A DNA stretch of 64,000 bases, from the NCBI GenBank assembly GCA_965222375.1, contig CBDCTZ010000005.1, forward strand, positions 64,001 through 128,000. The letters are read 5' to 3'. The notes under the pieces are model-generated. The model had not been told where the DNA came from, searched no databases, and saw nothing but the letters and a program-made list of their open reading frames with translations. Of the stretch, positions 57,864-64,000 are shown piece by piece. The position numbers and the translations under genes were made by a program. The first letter of the stretch is position 1. Every line of letters begins with the position of its first letter. The stretch comes from Polyangiaceae bacterium (lineage in GTDB: Bacteria > Myxococcota_A > Polyangia > Polyangiales > Polyangiaceae).

Positions 57864-58874
57864 TCAGCCTGGCGTGGCCGTCTTGCGCGTCGCTCCAATG
57901 ACGAGCGTCACCACTCCATCGACGATGGCGACGTCGCCGGGGTGCTTGACGTGCACGCCACTCAGGATGTGATGGCCTTCGGAGGCGAAAGCACCGACCT
58001 CGGTGATAAGCCATCCCTCCCCCAGTGCCTCGAAGCTTGCAAAATGGCGCTCCCCTTCGGGCCCGGCCCAAGGCGCCGGATCATGAAAGACCAGAGTGTT
58101 CGCGGAGGCGTTGCCGGATGCATCCACTCCGGTACCGACCAGGGTCAGCCAGTGCCCCCCACGGCGACGGAACACACCCTCGACCCGCGGGCTGGGTCGA
58201 TACCAGCCAATGTTGACGAATACGCTCGCGCCCTGGGCAAAGGCGTCGATCATCGCCTCCCGGGACGGTGCCTTTTGGCCTGTCGCGAAGCGTCTCGGAT
58301 GCCCTCGCCACCCCTGATAACTCAAACTCGCGCGGTACCCCTGGTGGCGCAGATAGCGCTCTAGCCCAACCATCAAGCCGGCTGCGCCGGTGCCCGCATT
58401 GGCGCTGGTGCCCATGTAGCGACCAGAACCCAGGAGGCGTACGAGCGCCGTGTGCGCTTGTCGAGGAGACGACCGCTCGGGCATGAGATCCCGCTGACCG
58501 CCAGCCGCCAACCCCGCGATGGCGTTGGAGACCGCAACCGGACCGCAGTAGGAACTTCCTCCGCCGGGAACCAGCAAGTCCGCCGACGTCTGGGTCAGAT
58601 CTGGCATCTTCCGGATCGAGCGCTGGAGCCGAAGCTCTCGCTCCCGCTGCACGAGCTCTTGCTCGATTCGAGCCTGAGTCGCCTCCGCGACGCGCGAGAA
58701 GTCCGCGACCAAGCCGCCAGTGAGCATGACCGGGGGGCCACTGGCCGAGGACGGGCGCGGCAAGGCCACGGCGCCGATCGTGGCTACGGCTACGACGCCA
58801 AGCGCCGAGAGGCGGAGAACGTGGGTCCGTCGGGGGCCAGCAGGCACCCCTAGCTCATAGTCCAAATCCCGCAA
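57864..58874 (-). CDS. Membrane-anchored papain-like (C39-like) cysteine peptidase
   Basis: N-terminal TM. Q.....YCGPVAVSN, GGHWLTLVG and FHDP (Cys-His-Asp triad). Confidence 0.7.
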   Translation of the reverse strand: MRDLDYELGVPAGPRRTHVLRLSALGVVAVATIGAVALPRPSSASGPPVMLTGGLVADFSRVAEATQARIEQELVQRERELRLQRSIRKMPDLTQTSADLLVPGGGSSYCGPVAVSNAIAGLAAGGQRDLMPERSSPRQAHTALVRLLGSGRYMGTSANAGTGAAGLMVGLERYLRHQGYRASLSYQGWRGHPRRFATGQKAPSREAMIDAFAQGASVFVNIGWYRPSPRVEGVFRRRGGHWLTLVGTGVDASGNASANTLVFHDPAPWAGPEGERHFASFEALGEGWLITEVGAFASEGHHILSGVHVKHPGDVAIVDGVVTLVIGATRKTATPG

Positions 58875-58895
58875 AAGGGCGACATCCCAGCGGTT

Positions 58896-59084
58896 TCACG
58901 GGCCAGAGCAGCGTTTCACACAACTCTCGGTGCGCTTGTGGCAGGCCTTCGCACAGTCCAAGTCCCCATCGCAAGCCAAGATGCAATCCGTATGTGCGCT
59001 CTGGCATCCCGTGTTGCAGCGCTGCACTGCACTCTGAGGCGCGGGTTGCGCCATGCATAGAGCCAAGAGCAGCAGGGTACGCAT
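58896..59084 (-). CDS. Small secreted Cys-rich peptide (4x CX3C)
   Basis: MRTLLLLALC leader, then CNTGC-x6-CILAC-x5-CAKAC-x6-CVKRC. Confidence 0.65.
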   Translation of the reverse strand: MRTLLLLALCMAQPAPQSAVQRCNTGCQSAHTDCILACDGDLDCAKACHKRTESCVKRCSGP

Positions 59085-59122
59085 GAAGTGGACAACGGCC
59101 ACCCTGGGGAAATCTTGAGGCG

Positions 59123-59539
59123 CTAGGCCGGCTCGGCCCCGCGCACCAGCGCTTCGACTCGCCCAAGCAGCGGTCGATCCGCCGCGGCGAAATCCATGTC
59201 GTGGAGATCGTCCGCCTCGACCCAACGGACCTCTAGGTGCTCCCGCAGCACCGGTGAGCCCGAGATGAGCCTCGCGCTGTAGAGCGTGAGCTCGATGAGC
59301 CCCGCCGAAGCAGCCGCGCGAACCGAGCCAATCGCGGCCGTCACGTCGATCCGAAGTTCCAGCTCCTCGTAGATTTCCCGCTTCAACGCTTCGGCGGCAC
59401 TCTCGCCGCGCTTCACCTTGCCACCCGGAAACTCCCACTTGAAGGCGGCGCTACCGCCCGGGCCGCGCTTGGCCACCAGGCAGCGGCGGCCCGACACAAT
59501 CACTGCACCCACGACCTCGATCGCGGGTTGCCGCGTCAC
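59123..59539 (-). CDS. NUDIX hydrolase, MutT/NudG-like
   Basis: WEFPGGKVKRGESAAEALKREIYEEL Nudix box. GTG start overlaps the upstream TGA. Confidence 0.9.
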   Translation of the reverse strand: MTRQPAIEVVGAVIVSGRRCLVAKRGPGGSAAFKWEFPGGKVKRGESAAEALKREIYEELELRIDVTAAIGSVRAAASAGLIELTLYSARLISGSPVLREHLEVRWVEADDLHDMDFAAADRPLLGRVEALVRGAEPA

Positions 59540-60441
59540 GGCAGGGAGCAGCTGGTGCCGTTGAAGCTGCCGCCAGCGTCGGCGCAAATCTGTGGGGGCG
59601 TCCGGGCGACCGTCCACCACTTCAGCTCGTCGATGGACCCGCTGAAGGCCATGTCGGTGCTTTCGTTCTTGCCGAGCACCAGATTCGACGCCAAGGCGCC
59701 CAGGTACCCACCGGCTACGGAGGAGTTCAACGCGCCGTCGACGTACAGCTTCAACTCGGAGCCATCGTTCACGATCGCAACATGGCTCCAACCCGTGCTC
59801 AGCGTGTTTGGATTGCTCGTCAGGATCGCCGAACCGCTACCCGCACGAGTGAACACGACCTGCACGTTTCCTTGAGTCGTGCGCACACGCACGGAACTCG
59901 TTCCCCAGCCCGAGCCGCGGCTCAAGATGGTGCCCGAGGCGACGCTCGAAAGCCGGATCCAGAATTCGATCGTCGCACCGGTGTTGAAGTCCAGACTCGG
60001 CTTGGCGGTGACGACGATGTTTCCTTGTCCGCCCGTGAAGCTGGCCGCTTGCCCGGAGTGTCCGGGCGCTGCGAGGCTGACGCCGGCGCTGCTCGGCGTG
60101 CCGTGATTCCCCGAGCCGGACACGTCGAAGACGTAGCCGGTCGTCGAATCGAAGTCGTAGTAAGCAGTCAGACCGGGCTCGGGGTGAGTGGGCGGCTCCA
60201 CGCCGCCGCCGGACCCGCCGCCGGGATGAGTGCCGCCCGTGCCGCCTGAGCCTCCGGGTGGCGTTACACCGGGCATGCCCGTGGGCACGTTGCCGTTGTA
60301 GCCGCCCTTCACCGGTGCCGGCGCGAGAGAGCCTCCACTCTGCGGCGTCTGGTCGTCGACACCCGTTTGGTCCTCAACCGGGTTGGCGCAGCCAGCGAAC
60401 AGGAAACCTATCGAAAATACACCCCATGCCCGTAGGTTCAT
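59536..60441 (-). CDS. LamG-like jellyroll domain lipoprotein
   Basis: FAGC lipobox. AYYDFD...DVSGSGNHG, TIEFW, WSHVA, LYVDG and FSGSIDELK. Confidence 0.88.
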   Translation of the reverse strand: MNLRAWGVFSIGFLFAGCANPVEDQTGVDDQTPQSGGSLAPAPVKGGYNGNVPTGMPGVTPPGGSGGTGGTHPGGGSGGGVEPPTHPEPGLTAYYDFDSTTGYVFDVSGSGNHGTPSSAGVSLAAPGHSGQAASFTGGQGNIVVTAKPSLDFNTGATIEFWIRLSSVASGTILSRGSGWGTSSVRVRTTQGNVQVVFTRAGSGSAILTSNPNTLSTGWSHVAIVNDGSELKLYVDGALNSSVAGGYLGALASNLVLGKNESTDMAFSGSIDELKWWTVARTPPQICADAGGSFNGTSCSLP

Positions 60442-60546
60442 GGGCGGTGGTGTAGCGCACTATGGAGACAATGCACATACAAAAACGCACAATGTAGGAT
60501 ACGAGGGCAACTTTGAAGACAAGTGCCTGATATTACTAAGTATTTT

Positions 60547-61350
60547 TCATCGATTGGGAGAAAAGAGAAACCCGAAGACGTCGCTCATGACCTCGGGGGC
60601 TCGGGATCCGAACTCACCATGGGCCGCCCCGGGGAGTTCAAAGTAGCGGCTGGGAAGGCCGGCGCGACGCAGATGGCCAGCCGCCGCTCGGTAGGGCTTT
60701 CGGTACTCGCGACCGCCCCGCACGATGGCGACTCGCTCACCACGTTTGAGCCGATCAAAGCTAGGCGCAGTCGGCCCGCTCATCAGTACCGCCCGGGGGT
60801 AGCGCTGGGGGTACACCCAGGCGAGCTGCTCGGCTCGGGTCGCGCCCTCTGAGTAGCCCACCAGGTTGATGCGGGCTGAGTCCAGCTCCATGCCCGTTGC
60901 GTCGGCCGCCGCGCGAACTGCCTTCCGCACCCGATAATCTAGGTACTTCATGTCGGCGGTGAAGCGGTATCGGCCAGGTTTGCCGACGCAAGGCGCGTTG
61001 CCGTGCAGGGCGATGACTGTCCCAAACTCTTGGGCGGCTGCTGCCCATTCTTCGACCCGTGCCGGGTCCCCACAGAAACCGTGCAGATACACGATGGGTC
61101 GAGTCGTGCGCCCCTCGGCAACCACGATGGGCAGATCTCCAGACATGGGCACCCGCCGCGGCATCGCGAGTTGTTCAGCGGGCTTCGGCGTCGGAAGCGC
61201 GACGCGCAGGCCAGGCGCGCGAACGCTACGGGTAACGACTTCCTCCGCGACCCGCTGCGCGCCGCCGGCTGCGCTACCCTCGACCCAGGCGCCCACCGCA
61301 GCCAACAACGCGGTGAAACCAAGTACAGTCAAGAGCTTACGGCGCAACAT
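60547..61350 (-). CDS. Secreted alpha/beta-hydrolase, paralogous to the catalytic domain at 13743-14822
   Basis: YLHGFCG, GYSEGA and AAHG motifs. Confidence 0.8.
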   Translation of the reverse strand: MLRRKLLTVLGFTALLAAVGAWVEGSAAGGAQRVAEEVVTRSVRAPGLRVALPTPKPAEQLAMPRRVPMSGDLPIVVAEGRTTRPIVYLHGFCGDPARVEEWAAAAQEFGTVIALHGNAPCVGKPGRYRFTADMKYLDYRVRKAVRAAADATGMELDSARINLVGYSEGATRAEQLAWVYPQRYPRAVLMSGPTAPSFDRLKRGERVAIVRGGREYRKPYRAAAGHLRRAGLPSRYFELPGAAHGEFGSRAPEVMSDVFGFLFSPNR

Positions 61351-61394
61351 TAAAAGTATTACATGCCGCGGCGCAGGCGTCGAAATCCGGGAGC

Positions 61395-62726
61395 TCAGTC
61401 GCTCTTGCGACCGAGCCCGGCGCGCTCGAGCAGCCTATATAAGTGCTTGCGCTCAATGCCCGAGAGCCGCGCAGCTTGGGAGACGTTGTCGCCCGCACGG
61501 AGCAACAGATCCTTCAAGTAGTCGCGCTCGAAGCGCGCCACGAGTTCGGCTTTGGCCTCTTGGAATGGACGATCTGCCCGGGCAATCCATTCAGTGTCCT
61601 GCTTGGTGGTGGTGCCGCTGAGCAGGATGGGTAGCTCGGAAAACGGTGCATCCGGCGCAGAGAGTGCAACGGCCCGAGACACGATGTTCCGCAGCTCACG
61701 TACGTTGCCGGGAAAGTGGTAGCGCAGTAGCCGGTCGAGGTTTTCCCCTTCAAGCTTCGCGCATGGGCGCCCCTCTCGCTCCAAGAACACCTGGACCAGC
61801 TCCGGCACGTCCTCCAGGCGCTTGCGTAGGGCCGGCAAGTGCACCTCGACCACGGCGAGGCGGTAGTACAGATCGCCGCGGAACGTGCCGCGGTCGACCT
61901 CCTCCTCCAAGTTGCGATGAGTGGCTGCGATGATGCGTACGTCAAAGCGCTCGGGCTTGCGTCCACCCAGTCGCGTGACCTCGCCAGACTCCAGCAGGCG
62001 CAGAAGCTTGGGCTGCAAGGCCAGGGGCAAATCCCCAATCTCATCGAGAAAGAGGGTGCCGCCATGGGCCATTTCGAAGGCTCCAGGGCGTTCGGCGTGA
62101 GCGCCGGTGAAGGCGCCCCGCACGTGCCCGAACAGATCGCTCTCGATCAAGGTCTCACTGGACGCCCCGCAGTCGAACACGATGAACGGTTGGTCCTTGC
62201 GTGGGCTGTGCTCGTGGACGGCTCGCGCCGCCAGCTCCTTGCCAGTGCCGCTTTCGCCCAACAACAACACGGGCGCCCCCGCCGCACTGGCTCGCTCTAG
62301 AATCGCGTAGATCTGCCGCATCGCTACGCTGGATCCGACGAGCGCGCCGAATTTCGAGCGCTCACTTGGCGGGATCACTACGTGCTGTTCGGCGGGTATC
62401 AAACCGATCAAGGTGCCGCCCACCCGGAGCACTGCGCCGACGGGCACGACCGCTTTTTGGATCGCTACACCGTCAACGAAGGTGCCGTTGCGGGATTCGA
62501 GGTCCGTGACCGCGAACCCCTCCCCCTTGGGCACGACCGTGCAATGACGCCTGGAGACTGAAGGGTCATTGACCACGAAGTCCGCCGCGCTGTCCGCGCC
62601 CAGGGTCACTCCGACAGGTGGGATCGTGACTTCCACGCCCATATCCGGCCCGTGCAGCACCCGGAGCCTGGCTGGGGCAGCGGCGTCCGCCACGGGAAGC
62701 AGGTTGGTAGTCCTCGTGAAAGGCAT
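61395..62726 (-). CDS. FHA-domain sigma54-dependent enhancer-binding protein
   Basis: FHA (VSRRH...SRNGT), GESGTGKE, GAFTGA, LFLDEIG, FPGNVREL and a C-terminal HTH. ATG at 62726. Confidence 0.93.
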   Translation of the reverse strand: MPFTRTTNLLPVADAAAPARLRVLHGPDMGVEVTIPPVGVTLGADSAADFVVNDPSVSRRHCTVVPKGEGFAVTDLESRNGTFVDGVAIQKAVVPVGAVLRVGGTLIGLIPAEQHVVIPPSERSKFGALVGSSVAMRQIYAILERASAAGAPVLLLGESGTGKELAARAVHEHSPRKDQPFIVFDCGASSETLIESDLFGHVRGAFTGAHAERPGAFEMAHGGTLFLDEIGDLPLALQPKLLRLLESGEVTRLGGRKPERFDVRIIAATHRNLEEEVDRGTFRGDLYYRLAVVEVHLPALRKRLEDVPELVQVFLEREGRPCAKLEGENLDRLLRYHFPGNVRELRNIVSRAVALSAPDAPFSELPILLSGTTTKQDTEWIARADRPFQEAKAELVARFERDYLKDLLLRAGDNVSQAARLSGIERKHLYRLLERAGLGRKSD

Positions 62727-62855
62727 GATTGAAGCGCCGCCCAGCATAGCGGAAGCCACCCAGACGGGTGGAAAACCCGGCGATCTTTGGGCCCTGGCCG
62801 GGGGTTCCGGGGCGCCCTGCGTTGCTCTGCGGGCGCAATCCACTATCCTTCGGCC

Positions 62856-64000
62856 ATGCAGGCGGCCGCTGAACGTGCCCATCGCGACCGAGTGGGCCCT
62901 TTCGAGGTCACCGGCGTATTGGGCGAAGGCGGCAGCGCCGTGGTGTATGCCGCGGTGCGCGACGGGCAGCCAGTAGCACTCAAGGTGCCCCGGGAGTCCG
63001 CACTGACGCAGAAAGAGACGGAGCGCTTTCTGGCGGAAGCCAAGATGCTCGCGCGAGTCACGCATCCGAGCATCGCTCGGGTCGTGGACTCGGGGGTCCT
63101 GGACGATGGCGCGCCCTACCTCGCCATGCAGCGCTACACGGGTGACACCCTGGCCCAGCGGCTTGCGCGCAGTGGCGCACTTCCGCTGCCCCTGGCCCTC
63201 GATCTCTTCGAGCAGATCGCCGACGCCACGATCTGCCTGCACGCCGCCGAGTTGGTGCATCGGGACTTGAAGTCCGAGAACGTGGTTCTGGCAGATGACG
63301 GCACACGGGCGGTGCTGCTCGATTTTGGGATCGCCAAGGATGCGGCGGCCCCGGCATCCACGACGACCCAGTCCGGCGTCGCGCGGGGCACGCCTGCCAC
63401 CATGGCTCCGGAACGGTTCTTCGGCGCACCTGCCACCGTATCGAGCGATGTGTATGAACTCGCGGTGTTGCTCTATGCCATGCTGGTGGGACGTCTGCCT
63501 TGGACGGATGTGACCAACGTGGAGGCGCGACTCAACCCCGCTGCTCCGGGCGCGGATGTTCCGAGTGCACTGTCCACGGTAATCCTGCGGGCCTTGTCGA
63601 CCCGCCCAGAACGACGCCCACGCTCAGCAGAAGCTTTGCTCGAAGCCGTCAGGAACGCCGTGGGAGGCGCCGGCCCCAAATCTGGACGGATCACCGCTGC
63701 TACGGCGGTCGTGAGTCGACCCGACGACGAGCTCAGCGTGCCGTCCATCGAGCCCGCGGCTTCCGACGGCGCTCAGGTTCTGGAGAGCCCGGAGTCGATC
63801 CCACGCCCCAAGCCCTCCTCGCGCCGGGGGCCCGTTCTGGCAGCGGTTGCGCTAATTGGCGGCGGCGCCATTGGCCTGGCGGCCACCCGAGGTCTTCCCG
63901 CCGCGCCGCCCGCTTTGCGCGCGATCCTAGGCAACTTGAGCGCACCATCGGTCGCACCACCACCGAGTCCGAGCCCTCCTGCGGTCGGCGCTGAGCCGGC
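62856..64000 (+). CDS. Ser/Thr protein kinase, 3' partial (absent from the ORF track)
   Basis: Translated by eye from ATG 62856: LGEGGSAVVY, VALKV, HRDLKSEN, DFGIAK, MAPE and DVYEL, then a TM segment. No stop before the window end. Confidence 0.9.
   Translation, partial: MQAAAERAHRDRVGPFEVTGVLGEGGSAVVYAAVRDGQPVALKVPRESALTQKETERFLAEAKMLARVTHPSIARVVDSGVLDDGAPYLAMQRYTGDTLAQRLARSGALPLPLALDLFEQIADATICLHAAELVHRDLKSENVVLADDGTRAVLLDFGIAKDAAAPASTTTQSGVARGTPATMAPERFFGAPATVSSDVYELAVLLYAMLVGRLPWTDVTNVEARLNPAAPGADVPSALSTVILRALSTRPERRPRSAEALLEAVRNAVGGAGPKSGRITAATAVVSRPDDELSVPSIEPAASDGAQVLESPESIPRPKPSSRRGPVLAAVALIGGGAIGLAATRGLPAAPPALRAILGNLSAPSVAPPPSPSPPAVGAEP

Noticed and set aside
60514..60529. AGGCAC-N5-TTCA on the minus strand as a sigma54 site
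   Set aside because: The conserved -12 GC is missing.
62727..63260. N-terminal extension of the sigma54 activator in the ORF track
   Set aside because: From 62856 it is the antisense of the + strand kinase.

Overview
High-GC chromosomal window whose gene content points to a myxobacterium (Myxococcota, probably Polyangiaceae/Sorangiineae-like). It has three eukaryote-like Ser/Thr kinases, TPR/PEGA proteins, many Gly-linker Cys-rich lipoproteins, a ~3,470-aa TPR protein and an FHA-sigma54 activator. Housekeeping genes (Rep/UvrD helicase, menA, ccmH, upp, ygiQ, rnhA, gltA, glnS-YqeY) are interspersed. One IS1182-like element sits at the glnS stop codon with a CTAG duplication. I saw no rRNA, tRNA, CRISPR or prophage. 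Main leads: (1) an FHA-GGDEF with Hypr/GacA-like signatures ([15 protein letters not shown]) near a nucleotide-transporter-like MFS/HEAT gene, a tandem cNMP-binding gene and a kinase; (2) TAnnnT hexamers 6-7 nt before many start codons, suggesting widespread leaderless transcription; (3) a stand-alone unit with sigma54 and sigma70 promoters, a ~200-nt structured leader, a DUF3553-like gene and a terminator; (4) a 118-bp intergenic inverted-repeat element with a related half-copy beside the IS; (5) a frameshifted kinase. All family calls come from motif recognition by eye; no database search was run.
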